From the NCBI GenBank assembly GCA_013265495.1, contig MU058257.1, forward strand, positions 1,443,262 to 1,507,261: a stretch of DNA of 64,000 bases, read 5' to 3'. The notes beneath the pieces are model-generated. The model did no database searches, was not told the DNA's origin, and saw only the letters and a program-made list of their open reading frames with translations. Made by a program: the position numbers and the translations under genes. Source of the stretch: Vicugna vicugna (taxonomy: Eukaryota). Below, piece by piece: positions 40,021-54,720 of the stretch (the stretch's first letter is position 1; the number at the start of each line of letters is the position of its first letter).

Positions 40021-43000
40021 CCCAGCTCGCTGAGGTGGGGCGCACACGGTGGGGGGTCAGCAAACCCTCATCCACAGCAGGGCCCTGAGGCTCCTGTGCA
40101 CTCCCCCTGCAGAAAGAAGACATGCAGCCCCTGCCAAGAGCCTCCTTTCCTCTTGGCTGAGCACCCCGTGCACCCACCCCAGCCACCGTTAACTTGCTAA
40201 GCTGCGCCGGTCAGCAGCGGGCCCCAGTACCAGCAGTGGGCTTGCTTCCTCAGCCACCACCCCCCCATCCCTGGATTCCTGCGCGCAGGAGACTGGATCT
40301 TCACAGCCACTTGGCCTCCTCCTTCTAGCGTCATTATCTTTCATCATGAGGCCAACATCACCAGAGCCTGCCAGTACGTGTTCTAACCCATGTAAGTCTG
40401 CACACTGGTCTACAGCATGGCCAGTGGGCAGAGGCGGGTGGAGACACAAAGGCATAAATTCACAGCCTCACACTCCTTTGAACTGCGCAGATAAAAGCAC
40501 TCCTCACTGGTAACCATAGCTCATCCTCTGAACCAACGCTTAGTAAGCACATGGTCCAAGGACATACCCCCCAACTTTTCGCCTTCGACAGAATGACAAA
40601 CAACTAGAGTGGGTTTCCACCTACAAAAGAACTTCAGGTATTTCTCTATTAAAAAGCATCCGATGCCCATATTAATAACCATTTTCATAAATCTTTTTCC
40701 AGATGAGTTGCCTAAGGTTTTCTTCCAAATATAGTAAGAATGGTCAGGGCTCCAGGTCACCCCTTAAAATCTGAGGTCACCTTCCCCCCTGCATGAACAA
40801 ATAAAGGAGGAATCAGTGCTTCTGAACTTCTTCTAACACAGAACCACGTAAGACAGTTGGAAATCCTTCACAGAGAACACACCTCTACATCCGGTTCGTG
40901 TATCTTCAAGGGAAACTCGGTCTTGCCGGTCCCCAGTGCCAGCGTCAGCAGCACACGGAATCAGGACTACAGGAGAGCGGCTGAGCCCTCAGTGTCCTGA
41001 TGGGAGACCTCACAGTCTGAGAAGAGGCCGTCAGGTGACGGCAGAACCATGACCAAGGAACATTGTTTTTCCCCACAAAATGCCAGCCATTCACATAACA
41101 CTAAAAAAAAAAGTTGATTTCTTTTGTTTCCACGTTTGATTAAAAATAGGAGCCAACAGATTTCCCATCCCAGCAGGTCACGCCCTAGGAATAGCCAAAG
41201 AGTAAAAATATCACGGTGTCTACCTCCGGTAGGTACTCTGAAGGTCACGCAGACCGACTTCTCCCCTCTTCTGCTGGGGGAGAGAGGTGCGGGCGGGCAC
41301 ACTGCGGGTTGGGGCTCTCTCTGCTGGGGTGGGCCAGTCCAGCTGTCCCTAGCCAGACCTCATGCAGCAATCTGATCAAGTCGGCTTGGGACTGCTCAGT
41401 TCCATGCTTCATACAGCAATGTATGTGGGTCATTTATCATCCGGTCTCTTCTCGGTTTGCCTGGAAGCTCATCCCGGCAGCCAGCGCTGCAGCCCAGAAA
41501 CCCAGCGTCAATCCTGCGCAGCCGCTCTGTGCTGCGACTGTAGCTCATACTGATGAACTGACTCCAGAAGCCCAGTCAGGTGTGCCCAGAGACTCTGGGA
41601 CAGGCTCGCAGCCCGGGAGACGAGCCGACAGGGTGGCCTCCCTCTGTGCTGGGACACCTGACAGAGCCACTGTCCCCCTCCAAGGGACAAGGCAGCTTTT
41701 AAGTCAATGGTTCTTTCCCTCTCTGTCAATTCATATGGAAGCAGGAAACATGTGGGCTTGTGAAAGGAGGCCAGTTATGACTTTCAGCTGGGCCTTGCTA
41801 GTGAAAATCCATAGCTTTACAAGTAAATGCTGGGTTCAGGCTCTGATTTCTGTGTGGTCCACAGAGCAGGGAAAGAATAGCCTGGAAAGGATGGCAACCC
41901 CAAGGGCTTCCTCCTTCTGTGTAGTCTTTTCAAACGAGCACTCCCCACGAGAACGTAAGTACAGCTAAGCAGGGTCGTCGAACAGCACCCGTGAACACGG
42001 CTGGCTCCCTCCACATGATGGCAAACCTCAACACCTGGGGAAATGGGTGTGGTCTGGACTTTGATGTAATGGATCAAATCGTTATAAAACAGTTCTCCAA
42101 GGTCCTCGGGAGCTGTAAGACCTGGGTGTGCCTGCTGGTCCACTCAGCTAGACAAATGGGTGCCGGTGACTCTTCTAAAAGTCGCGCATGCAAAACTGCC
42201 TTTCCCTGCATGTCCACAGCCCTTTGTACCAACTTCTATTACCGCACCTCTCCTAGGGCAGGACTGCAGGTCTGTTTCCCCTTCTCTAAGCTTCCAAACT
42301 GAAGACTGTGGGGCAGACAGCAGCTGCCCGTGACTGGCTGTTCGCTGGCAGACTACTGGTAAACCTTTACCCCAAGCAAACAAACTTTCACCCTGTCTCT
42401 GTGTGTCACCACCCCTCTGGCTTCAGAACAATACCCAGGCTCCTCTAATTAAGCCCGACAAAACTAGCCACACCCCAGCCACGGCAACACCAGGAAAGCC
42501 CATTGTTCCCGGCGCAGCTCTAATCAGGTCCTGGTATGTTTTTATGCTGTTATTGTTAGCACTATTCACGTGGTCTAATGGGCTTTACAGCCCTGCACAA
42601 TGTCTGAAACTATAAACAAAAAAATGAGCTCAATAAATGTAAATGACTTAGTCTTCCCCAGCAACCATTACCATAAATCATGAATGGAAGGATCCGTGGC
42701 AATTCTGTGCGTTTTCTGCCTAACGGTCCTGGCAGCCGCACGCGGGGCATATGTCTGCGCTTGGCTCCGAGCAGAGTGAAGGCGGTGCCTTCACCACCAT
42801 AGGCTGGAGCCGCACTGGGTGCCAGAGCTTTCCACGTGCACGATACTTTCCTCGTGTACATAATATAACATTTTCTGCACCAGGTGAAACTGGGGAAATT
42901 AGTATTAAACCATTTATTAACTTGAGGTTTTGTGACCTCATTTTATAAGATGCAAACACCGAGCCTGCTGTCCTGCCCCCCAGCAGGTGGGCTGTGTTGC

Positions 43001-46000
43001 ATGGACGCGTGCACGTCTGAGAATTCTTTATGCTTATTGTGAACACTGACGTAGATAGCGCACCCTCACAGAAACTCTTCCGGGGGTGTATGATTTAACG
43101 AATCCCTCTGAATGCCAGCTAATTAAAAATATTTAGCAATATGCGGCTTCGTATGTACAAACATAAGATGTTCTTTTAGAGCATCGCACTATATATGCTT
43201 CAAACTCGAAAATCATTCAATAGAAAAACATAGGAAACACTTTACCCTGTCCCTCTGCTGAATCACTGTGGTTTTTTAAAGTTTAAATAAATTGGTTACA
43301 CATGTTGAATTTCTTTAAAAAATGTATATAGTCGAGGTCACTGATAGACTTAGTCAGATGTTTTTAAGTTTTAAAACCAGTCTTTGCACACTTAATAGTA
43401 GCTTTATAATACGGTGCATAAAATATTTTTATTCCCTTTAACTAAGAAAACAAACAAAAAATAGTCATAGAAACACTTTTCCAAGTCAGAACAGCACTGG
43501 GAATGCACTACCAGGGAAGAGTTTGACCCGTTGTATTCGCAGAGTAGATGCCAATGCGAGACCTGCACGCACGCCTACATTTAGGTGACTCGCCACTTTA
43601 AATGCTGTATAAATTTTACATTTTTTTCTCTTTAACTTTGCTCTTTCCAGGTCATTTGCTTTCCTTTGGCAGATGCTCTGCACAAAGGAAGATGCTTGTT
43701 CCCTTCCAGCCAAATGGGAGCTTCTGTTTCTGACTCCCATTTCTGCCTGTTTTAGCCTTTACACGCGCTGAACTGCCAGCTACCGTCCCATCAACAGACT
43801 CTCCAGTTTCTCTTTCTAAAGAAGGTAAAACATGAAGCTGCTTAATTCTCTCTAATGCAGCATGTTCTGCAATTAAGACGCACCTAATTACCATGTTTTC
43901 AACAGATGCAAATACAGCTCAATTAAAATTCTAGTTCATGTTACAAATTGAGCTACTCAGTTCTGCAAGGTATCACGTGAGGACGGGGTCACCGAGAAGT
44001 CTGGAAAAGACAGGGCACGTAGCTGTCAACGATTCTGGAGAAACGGACTTAGGTTTCAACTGAAACTCAAAGTTCTGGAGCTTCTGCCTTCAAGAAATAT
44101 TTCTACCTGGTCATCACAAACATTTCACTGTCAAAAGCTGACTCTAAGCCACATGGTCATTCATCTCCCCCCACCCCTCAATGAGAAGCAACACTACTGT
44201 TGGTACTGAAATGATCTCTGTTGCTTGCTTATCCAAAGTCCATTCCTTTCTTTCTTCTTCCTAATGCAATCCTGATCGTGTTCAGGAATGCAACCCAGCT
44301 TTAAGGGGTGCGTTCATTACCAAGTTCACCCTAGTCTGTGGGTGCCCGCCCCCGCTGAATTACTAGTCCGATGTTACGAGTCCAAGAAAGGCGCCATCAC
44401 CCCACACGGACGCATTCCAGGCTCAGGGAGAAGGCTCACTCCCCTCAGTCGGATACGAGCCAGGAAGTACAAGGCCCTGCAGTTCCCCTGTAGATAAGGG
44501 CACCTGAGGATGGCGCGACAGAGTGGGCAGGAAGGGGTGGGTCTCTGATTCCGCCATCAGGCTGTGGCACCAATAGCCCCAGCTCCAGACCCCAGTTATA
44601 CAAGACAGCGCGCTTCCATACAGACTGAGCCGGTCTGAGGTGGATTTTTGAATAAACGCAGCTGAACGCATCCTGCGAGGTACATTGTATAAGCCAAACC
44701 TTAGAGCAGCTGGGAGCCCCTCAGTGCCACTTACCTCAGGAGGGAGATGTCGCCATGAGTGACATCCTAGGCCGTGCTGACAATTTGACTAGAATTAAAA
44801 GATTTCTTCAGACTTATTACTAGTGTTAAACGAATTGGTGCAAACATCCAGAGAAATACAAAACAGAGGAAGGACAAAATGAAAATGACAACATTACTTG
44901 CTATTCACCAGGAAACAAGCACTCTCCTCCGAGGGCTCAGCCAAAGGGGCCACTGAATGTTTGTGGGGTGCATGAGCAAACAGGTAATCGTGTGAAAACC
45001 AGCTTTTATTGCCCCCTGTTTGTAAAGAGCAACTCTAGGAATTAGAAATATCTAATTTAAAAAAAACCCCACATACTCCTGAGTAATTTACAATTTACTT
45101 TGGAAGACAAAGGATTAAATGTAATTGTACACAAGATTACCCAGTCTTCTCACTCTATCTTCTTAAAACAAAATTTAAAAGGAGTGAGTTAAAATGAGAC
45201 ATTAGTAACTGGAAAGGTCCACTAGACTGAGCGAATCCACTGATCACCACAGAGTTCTACTGACCAATGTTTGATAAAACACAGTGTAATAAAAATAAAT
45301 GCGGACTGGGCTCCCAGGCACTGCAGAGTCCTGCGTGGGATTCGAGAACTTTCTTATTATAAATATAAATACATATTATTTTTGTTTCTTATTTTAGTTG
45401 ACTAATCTGACTTTCGAAAAGGAGGAAAAGATGTGGGAAATGAACAGCTAGCGATACAGATGGTGTCGAATAATTGGATCTGCTTTCCTGGACCCTGACT
45501 TTTAACATCAGAATGATGAGTTCCTGGCAATGGAGAAACTTCGCTTTTTCAGAACATTAAAAACACACACACACAAAGCTGGCAAGAGACACGAAGAATT
45601 AAGAAGCTTTTATACTCAAGTGCAGGGTGGGAATAACTGACGTTATGAAGAACAAAGGGTCTGACCGTGACAGCGAAAAGGACAGGAAGGAGTCAGGTGA
45701 CACTGATCAGGGGTCTCAGAGAAGGGGCTTCAGGAGCGGCAGGGACGTTCATATGGGTGACTCCTAAAACACTGTTTTAAAATTAAATTTATTTCATTAA
45801 AAAAAAAACTCTCAGTTTACAGCGTGGTGAGCAGTAGAGAGACAGAACAATAAAACTGCACTCCGAGAGACCTGCCACCAAAGACCATTCTTCACTTCTG
45901 CTTTACACCGTAACTTCCCTCACTGCATCCCTCCAAACAGACGGGGAAAACGTTCCTGAAGCTCCAGGCAGGGTGTCACCTCCACCACCCCGTCCCCGAG

Positions 46001-46569
46001 AGAACGCTGCGGAGCAAGCACAGGAGGGTCGGCTCCTCCCTTTTCCAACCCTGCAAACGTGTTTTCGGTGAACAACCAATTTTCACGTTCAAACGACGGT
46101 CCACGGCGGAGACTGTCTCCCGCCCACGGGGACTACCTACAGAGAAGCTGAAGGCTTTAAATTCAACAGACCGAACGGGCCAGCTGCACAAGGAAAATGG
46201 AAGCGTTCATAACCCTCCTGTTGCAATGGCCACCAAGAACTTCATTTTTATCAAGGACGGAATTGCTGTCAAGTGGATGTTTTAACAATCTACAAAATAT
46301 TATTTATGGTGTCAAGGGAAAAGAGTCCAAGTCACTGCTCTGACTCCTTAAGTGGAAAAGCAAAAACAAATAACAACACAAAAATATGCAAGTGTGATGA
46401 AACAGTGAGTGGCTAGCAAAGCCGTTTTGCCATTTATTGAGAAATCAAAATGACAAAGTCAGTGTTCTTAACTCTCACATCATAAATTCATATTGGGAGA
46501 TCCACAAAAATTTCTTGATGTTAAAAAAAACACACTTTATACTAAAAAGTCTCAGACACATTCTATATA

Positions 46570-47054
46570 TAGATTTACTTTGACTTATGATGTGGTAATG
46601 GCTCGATAAACCCAACATAAATTGAAAATACCACAAATCAAAAATACACTGAATACACCTAATCACCGAACATCAGGGCTTAGCCTCGTTGCCTTCCATG
46701 TGCTCAGAACACTTACATTTTTTTCCCACAGTTGGGCTAAGTCATCTAACACAGAGCCTACATTAGAACACCGTGTTGAAGGTCTCATGTAATTCAGTGA
46801 CTGCTGCACTGAAAGTGAAAATTGGACTGGCTGTCAGTGCACTGGTTGTGTCCCGTCACACTGGTGGGGCTGCCGGGGAGGGGCAGCTGGCTCTCACCAC
46901 CCAGCATCTCCAAAGAGGATCTGCACACCACTGACCAGGGAGCAGATCCAAATTCAAAGCCAGACGTATGTTTTCAACCAAAAGCATGTCGCTTTTGAAC
47001 CATCATAAAGTTGAAAAATTGTAGGTGGAACCATTGTAAATCGGGGAACGTCCA
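46570..47054. mobile_element. TcMar-Tigger family non-autonomous DNA transposon (MER47-like)
   Basis: Ends tagatttactttgacttatgatg and ccattgtaaatcggggaacgtcc are degenerate inverted repeats; interior gataaaccc...gtgctcagaacacttacat...actgaaagtgaaaa matches the recalled consensus. Subfamily uncertain. Confidence 0.75.
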
Positions 47055-48496
47055 TGCTCAGTTAAGGCTTTAGAAAGTCAAGGGAGAGCCAGATTGCTTG
47101 GGGGGAGTTTCCTGAAGAAGGAAGATGACAGTCCAATGGGAGGGGGGAGGAGAGAGCCAGGGGCAGAGACAGACGCACCTGGCAGACAGCGCATGGTCTG
47201 GGTGAGAAGGGGCACAGAAGGACCGCGAGTTAACTCAGCAGATCTAGGGACAGTAGGACCAGGGAGGACACCTTCACATCTTCAGATATTAAATATTGAG
47301 GATTTGGGCTAGACTGGACAGGAGGAGTGAAATGCGGAGATTTCCTGGGGAAAAATTAAGAAAACTTGGTAATGGGGTGATTACACGGTGAGATGGTGAT
47401 TCTGAGTGTCTGAGCGGGAGCTGCTAATGAGCAAGTTCCATCCTCATCATCCGTCTTCTTGTGTGTGAGCAGCTAAGCCCGCAGCCGCAGTTTCTGCCTT
47501 CTGTCTGGCACTGCCAGGCATCACCCCTCACCCAGATCACCACGCCACCATCAGAGAGCTGATCTCGCTAACAACCCCACTGCTTGCCGCCTTGTCCCCA
47601 ACCTCCTGCTCTCCAACCTGCCTCCCCAGCAACCATATTCTTTCGCTCGAGGCTCTTCAAATGCTCTTCACTGTCCTTATTATAAACAAAAACCATTTAA
47701 ACAAGGCTGCCTGTGATCAATGCTCTGTCTATGTCTTAAACCCCATTCCTTAGGGCGCTCTCACCTGCAGGGGCACATCACCCTTACTCTGGAGACGGTC
47801 CCCACCCACGTGCCCCTACATCCCTCTGCATCCCACTGAGGACCACTCAAAGCAGCAGGACTTGCTGCAACCACGGCCTCTTCTGGGATGCACCTTCCCC
47901 ACCACCTCCTCCGCCACTCGAACTCCTTGAGGGCTGAGTGGGTCCCCCAGGCTTTGGTACCATGGCAACCTGCACACCACAGTGGCCCTCAGCCACCAAC
48001 CACATCGCTTCTCAAGTGTCAGATTATCCACTGGACTGAACCGCCCCCAGCCCCTCAGGAACTTACAGTCTCAATATCAGATTTTAGGTGCCACAACTCA
48101 TGAATACTTTATAGTAGTTTTAGTGTAATGAGTTTTCCCATTTGTAAGTTTAATATCCTAGGAAACTCACAGGGCTGCATATCAGAGCGCACGCACTTGC
48201 GGTTCAGTTTCCAAGGATGATCTTGGTCCTACTGTTACACACTTCTTCCCTATCAAAAAATGCTTAAAATGAGGACTGTATAATTCAGACACTTCAGATG
48301 TGACTTTTCATCATACTTTCAGCTTAACTTACATTTCTCCTAGAAAAAGAAGCACCAGGAACAGACTCTGGGCCCCTCCCCATGCATCCACCCCTGCTGC
48401 ATTCAGAAACCTCCTAAAATTAAGGCTCCTTTTCCTAAGCTGCAAGTGATACTAAAGTATACAAGTTGGCCTAAGAGGATAAGACAGATTATTCTT

Positions 48497-48590
48497 GGAG
48501 GGAGGGAGGGTGCAGCTCAGGGGCAGAGCACGTGCTTAGCATGCACAAGGTCCTGGGTTCAATTCCCAGTACCTCCCTTAAAAAAAAATA
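48497..48590 (+). mobile_element. tRNA-derived SINE (camelid-type) with target-site duplication
   Basis: gcagctcaggggcagagcacgtgcttagcatgcacaaggtcctgggttcaattcccagtacctcc plus A tail; acagattattct (48484-48495) versus acaggttattct (48593-48604). Confidence 0.9.
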
Positions 48591-50924
48591 CAACAGGTTA
48601 TTCTAATTCTTAGCAATTCAGAATAAGTATTTCTTATAGATCAACACCCAACTAGCCATTAAGACAGATTAACCAAATGGGGAACCTTCTCCAAAGTGCT
48701 CTGTGATTTTGAAACTCACATCCTGAACTCATCCTCTACAGATTTAAGGAAATCTAATGTGGCTTCTTAAGGTACAATTAGACCTAGTTTGCATTATTTT
48801 TGCTCAAATCAGTACCCATAAAAGGTGTGAGAAGTGTGCAGGATGCGAGAGTGCAAAGTCTGAGCCATCCACGCAATGTGCTACCTTGAAGCTCATAAAA
48901 TAAACCAAACTTCCCCTGGAAGCTCTCAGATGAGCTGCTTCACTAACACACATTCAGTTTCCTCACACCTCACACTGCTAACCTGAATTAACCACAAAGC
49001 AACTACAAATATAAAGCAATGCTCTTTTCTGGCCCCTGTTAAGAGTTCTCTAAGAAAGCAGGCAAGCTACTCAAAAGTAACCCCTCCCTGCTTTCAAGGC
49101 GTCCAGCTCTCACATTTAAAGCAGTAAACCGGGCAGATCTTAACACTGAGAGGTGCCGTGAGCAGGATGGCACTCGGCTCTGTCGTTCCCCTTGACCCCA
49201 ACCAAAAGCTGTTACTGGACTGAGAGTGAAGCTTACGATTTGGAAACTTTTAATTGAGGGACGAAAACGGGGCTATTTTCAAAAACAAAACAAAGCAAAG
49301 TTATTCAGCATCCATGGTCTTGGCAGCAACGGACGCTGATTTATCATGGGGGAAGCAGGCGCTGCTCGCTGGGAGCCAGGCGGGGCGTGTGATTTGCATA
49401 GAAGAGGGAGCAGATTGTGGATGCCCTGACCTGTCAAACACAGGTAGGGCCTCGGAGATAATGGGTCCCAGAATACAAAGCTCTTGATCCAGACAGACAC
49501 GCAACATGGAGAGGCCAGATGGATTAAATGAGAGACAAAAACGCTGGCTTCTGCCACCTCCGCGGGTGGACCGTCAGTCTTACAGGAGATGACAGGTACC
49601 AGACCGCATGTGGATCCGCCCGTCTCTTGGCCACATCACTGTGCTTGTGCCGTGAGTTCAAAGCTGCCGAGAGGGCAAGCCTGTTCCCAGCCACAGGGAG
49701 GAGCACAGCCAAGAGCCACCAGCCTACCTCCCCCCAGGGCTGCCCTGGAAAGGGGCCGAGGGCTGTGTGGGACAGAAACAGGCGGCTGGAACAGCACAGG
49801 TAATCCCCCCCATGCCCCGCACGTTTCTAGGCTGCACCGACTGCATCCTCACCAGACGGCCGTCTAACAAAGACTGCTCGGACAGGCTCCTCTTTGCAGA
49901 GCAGCCCTCAACAGGGACACGCATCTTCACTTCAACCGGCAGCCACCACTGAGTCCCACCTCCATACGAGAAAGCCCCCCAGCTCCGGGGTCCCTCAGAG
50001 CATGAGGACAGCAGGGCTGAGACATGCCGCCAGGGACAGTGCCCACATGGCGCGGATGCGGGAGTGGGAATGCTGGGGCAGGGGTGTGCGGGGGCGGGTG
50101 CACAGGTGAGGATGCAGAGATGAGGATGCAGGGGCACAAGCAGAAACAGGAACTCGGCGGACAGTGGCACAGGCCGTGTGGACCACACGGTGAGAACTGT
50201 CAGTCTCTGGAAAGGATGGTGCTGAGGGAACTGGAGGAGGAGCTCCTTTCTCACAGCTGTGCTTAGTCCTACGTAAAGGAGACGGTCTCATGACCACCAG
50301 CAGTGACATCAGCCTTGACAGATTTTTTTTTAAAGAAAACAAAGGGTTTGCGGAGGCACTGGAGGTCTCGGACACGCAGGTCCAGTGCGGGACACAGAGG
50401 AGGAGGGACGAGTCGCTGCAGACCCAGGGACTCGCTGCCTGTCTCTGTGCACGCAGCGCTGCTGGCTACGCAGGGCTACCCACTGACGTGACAACATCCC
50501 TGACTCCCACACTCGCCCGGCCCCAAGCCCGGGCCTGCGGGAGCGAGGTTGGTGGCGTCTTTCTTCCCGGGCTTCCCAGAGAAGCAGGCAGGGCTGTGGC
50601 CGGCCCGTGACCGGGCCGCAGAGCCAGGAGACGCTAAACCTGTGCGGGACTGCAGAAAGGAAGTCATCCACACCCGAGCTTTTCAAACGCCATCTGAAAA
50701 ACTGCGACCTTCCCTTTTTAAAAATTTAAATTTACGGAGAAGCACCATGTTCAAAAAGTGATTTAAAACGCACACAGCCACTGGAGTGATAGCAGGGAGC
50801 AGGTGGCCTTGCAGTCCCCTGGGCTTGGCCTCCCATGTGCTCCCCAACTCCCCCAAGCCCCCGAGCCCCCCCATCCCAGACGCACAACACGCAACCTGAG
50901 AATCAATGACCTCGGCATCCGAGT

Positions 50925-51045
50925 CTTCAGTTTTACAACTGAGGGGATTAAAGCCTAAGGCTTTTAAGCAACTTCACCCAAACCCTACAAACTAGTGAAA
51001 AGAACTGGACGGGAGTCATCGGACCGCACCCCTGCTCCTGCCACA
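50925..51045 (-). mobile_element. MIR fragment
   Basis: cagttttacaactgaggggattaaagcct...aagcaacttcacccaaaccctacaaactagtg. Confidence 0.6.
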
Positions 51046-53046
51046 CTGCTCGTCCAGCTGCAAAAGCCCTGTCAGCATCTGAACTGTACAATTGGGTTGC
51101 CTTTCTTCCACCATAGTCAAAGTTCAAAGATCAGTCTGAAGAAAGACATCACAAAATCAGGACTTTTGGAAAACTCAGCACTTTGTGGTGGCAGGGACCT
51201 GGGTCACGTCTCTCCCAGCTCTTGTCCAGAACTTTCCCTCCAGTTCACCAGTTGTAGTTTGTCTAGTTACTTGTTTTTGCCTTGATGATTGCTGAACACA
51301 AAATTTTTCAAATAAAATACTTAAATTAATTATTTCCAAATAAAAACGGACACTAAGTTTATATAGGGACAGACTTAGACATCCACACCAGTGAGGAGGT
51401 CTGGAAGCCACAGAATTAAGAACATGCCCTGAACTGCTATCTACCCCAGCCTCTGCTGCGTGGGAGATAAGTGATATATGTAAGGAAACTGCATTTTATG
51501 CAGGAATTTAAATAACATTTCAACCAGAATAAGAAAAAAGTTCGGAAGCATCTTAACTTGTAAATGATTAAAAAAACAAATATTCAGGTGCCCAAGTACG
51601 AAGTCTCTTGTTAGCTATACACCCAGGACAGGGGCGAGATCTCCAAGCAATGGGAGGGGCCCCACCCAGGAGGTACTGGTCAGGATGGCAGGGAACCGCG
51701 GACACGCTGGGAAAAACCCAACGGCTGGGAGCCCATATGACTCAGGATCTCGGAGACCAGGCTTGGCAGCAAAAATAGGAAATATGTTCTTCATCTGGCA
51801 AGAATCGACTGCATATATTTGAAATCACAGGCTGGAGGGAGTGAAAACCTGTCCAGATTTAGACAGAGAATGAGGAGGGGACGGGGGAGGGTGGAGCCAC
51901 CCTCTCCCAGGTTGGGCTTTGCCTGTTTCACTATGGCAGGAATGCTCATCCTGCCAAGAGCACGCCGTGCGCCAGGCCGAGATGACACAGCCTGCTGTGA
52001 GTCTCCTGCGAATGTGGCTTTCACTTAAAACCCTCCTTCCGCCCCACAATCTTTCTTAGGGATGTGTGTCCCCCAAAGTTAAACCCAAAGTCGACCATGA
52101 CTCACTGGAACGCTCTCTGCTTTAACTCTGGGCGGTGGCCCCAGCTTCAGGGCCGACAGCTGGAAGGGCATAGTCACTCGGAAGTCAAACGACTAAAACA
52201 TGAATTAGCATTAAGGAGCAGTATGAGCTAGTCCGTGATCTTCACCATCAGGACTCAAGTTCTCTCCCTTCTAAGCAGATACACTGTGGAGTTTCTTCCT
52301 TAGATTTAAATCAAATGGCTACTCTCACACCATGAAAGCTTAACTGTAACGACAACTCCCCGAAGCGGACGTTTGTACGTTCTTATAAACGTCGCTTTCC
52401 TCTCAGCAGACTACGGAGAACACACTGCTTCTTCACTGCAACCTCTGACTTTCGATAATTTTGGCTTAAAATATTTTGCAATTTGGAAACACACACAGAC
52501 ACAAACATCTTGCTAGCTCAGTTCAGGGAAAGCAAAAGTAATTCACAGAAACAAAACAAATGTATGTTTTCAAAATCACAGATGACAACACGTGTTCGCT
52601 TGAGATCCAGTATTACAGACACTGCACAGCAGTGGCTTTCAGACATTCTGCTTCTCAGGATGCTTGACACTCCTAAAATTTATTCAAGACTCAAAAGAAA
52701 ATTTCTATGTGGATTATATCTAACAATATATACTGCATTAAAACTGAGTTTAAAAATATGAATTATTTTGTAAAAAATAACAAATTTCATAGTGACAGAA
52801 AACATACTTTACCAAAAAAAAAGTCTTGTATTTTCCAAAAACAATTCATGAGGATAATGGCCCTGTGTTAAATTTTAGCAAATCTCTTTACCATCGAGCT
52901 GGGAAGGTTCTATCTGCTCTGCATTCAGTCCACTGCGGAATCACGGGACAGATCGCCTCTAGAAAACCCAACCGTACACTTGCAAGAGAGTAAAAGTGAA
53001 AAAGGTAAATACCATTGTCTTCTTAATGAAGATGGTTTCGACCTCA

Positions 53047-53415
<369 letters not shown>

Positions 53416-54019
53416 TTAGAGTCAGTGGTGAAGATGATGTGCCCAAGAAGCCACGCGCTGTGGGAAACGCCACGGACATAAACCAACTGTCTGCTCAGTG
53501 TCCACTTCTGGACTGTGGATGGCAAGACATACAAAGGGAAGGGACAGCCTCTCATTTTAATTTTCCCCAAATGTTCATTAAATGTGGTCTATCTTCTCTA
53601 TAGGAAGAAATCTATTAGCATCCATTTATGGGTCAACAGGTGAAATCTTTGTCAAATCATTTTCTCCGAGTTGTGTCAATAATCTGAAAGACCCAGAATA
53701 ACCCAGAGGCTAGTCTAAAGAGCAGAGAGGAAGAAAGGCTGAGGGAACCGACCAGGGGAAGGTTGGCTAAAACCGTTTTTTGACACAGTTTAAAGTTACT
53801 GACAACAGAAGGTAAACTTTGATCTCAACAAGCTTCATTGGGTATCTTCTTCATTATGCTGGGGTTCACCCAACTCAGCAAGTGAGAAAAGCACAAGAAA
53901 CCACCTGTCCCCAACAAAATCAGGGCACCCTGGCGCCAGCTGGAACCTAATTCTGGAAAACGGGCGTGTTCTCTAGGAAGAGCAACACAAGATGTGACTA
54001 GGAAGACACCGGGTGAGTA

Positions 54020-54122
54020 GCTTGTATCTGAATCACGACCTGCTCACCAGAAACTAACAGGACACTGTAAATCAACGGTACTGCAATTAAAAAAAAAGAA
54101 AAGAAAAAGAAAGAAAAACAGA
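54020..54122 (+). mobile_element. Very short L1 3' end with A-rich tail
   Basis: ctgaatcacgacctgctcaccagaaactaacaggacactgtaaatcaacggtactgcaattaaaaaaaaagaaaag. Confidence 0.7.
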
Positions 54123-54554
54123 AACTATGTAGGGACTGTCTCTAGGGAGAAGCACAGGAGGACAGAGGAGAGTTGGACGAGGATTAGACCCCGAGGCCTG
54201 TGAACAACGTCTGCTTGAGAAACAGGGGAGGAGTAGGAGGAGGACCAGCAGGGACCGTGAAGACTGCAGCAGGGTGGACGGCAGGGGACCTCCGGGGGAT
54301 CAGAGCCGGGGCTCGGCTCCTGGAGGACCTGACCGCACCAGGCTTCAGGGCGCAATTGAAATGGATTTCTTTTTTTTCTTGTTTTAATTTTAAATTCCAA
54401 TTTATTCATCGGTAGTCCACAGAGATTAATCTCATGTAAATTAAGATATGATACTCTCAAGCAGATTTTGTTTTGGTGATATGCAAATTAAAGATTTACA
54501 TGTAGAATGATATATATTATATTTTAAAATATTATACCGGACTTTAAAATGACT

Positions 54555-54720
54555 CTTTTTTAAACTGAAGTACCGTCAGTTACAATGTGTTCATTTCTAG
54601 TGTGCAGCACAGCGTCCCAGTCATGCATATACATACATAGAATCGTTTTCATATTCTTTTTCATTAAAGGTTACTACGAGATACTGAACATAGTTCCCTG
54701 TGCTCTACAGAAGAAATTTA
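54555..54720 (-). mobile_element. Very short L1 3' end (same family as 29690-29845)
   Basis: ttttttaaactgaagtaccgtcagttacaatgtg...gatactgaacatagttccctgtgct. Confidence 0.78.

Noticed and set aside
41216..41968. Longest ORF in the track (250 aa), and similar ones such as 34197-34868
   Set aside because: No recognisable domain, non-ATG start for the 250-aa ORF, GC-rich intron with few stops.
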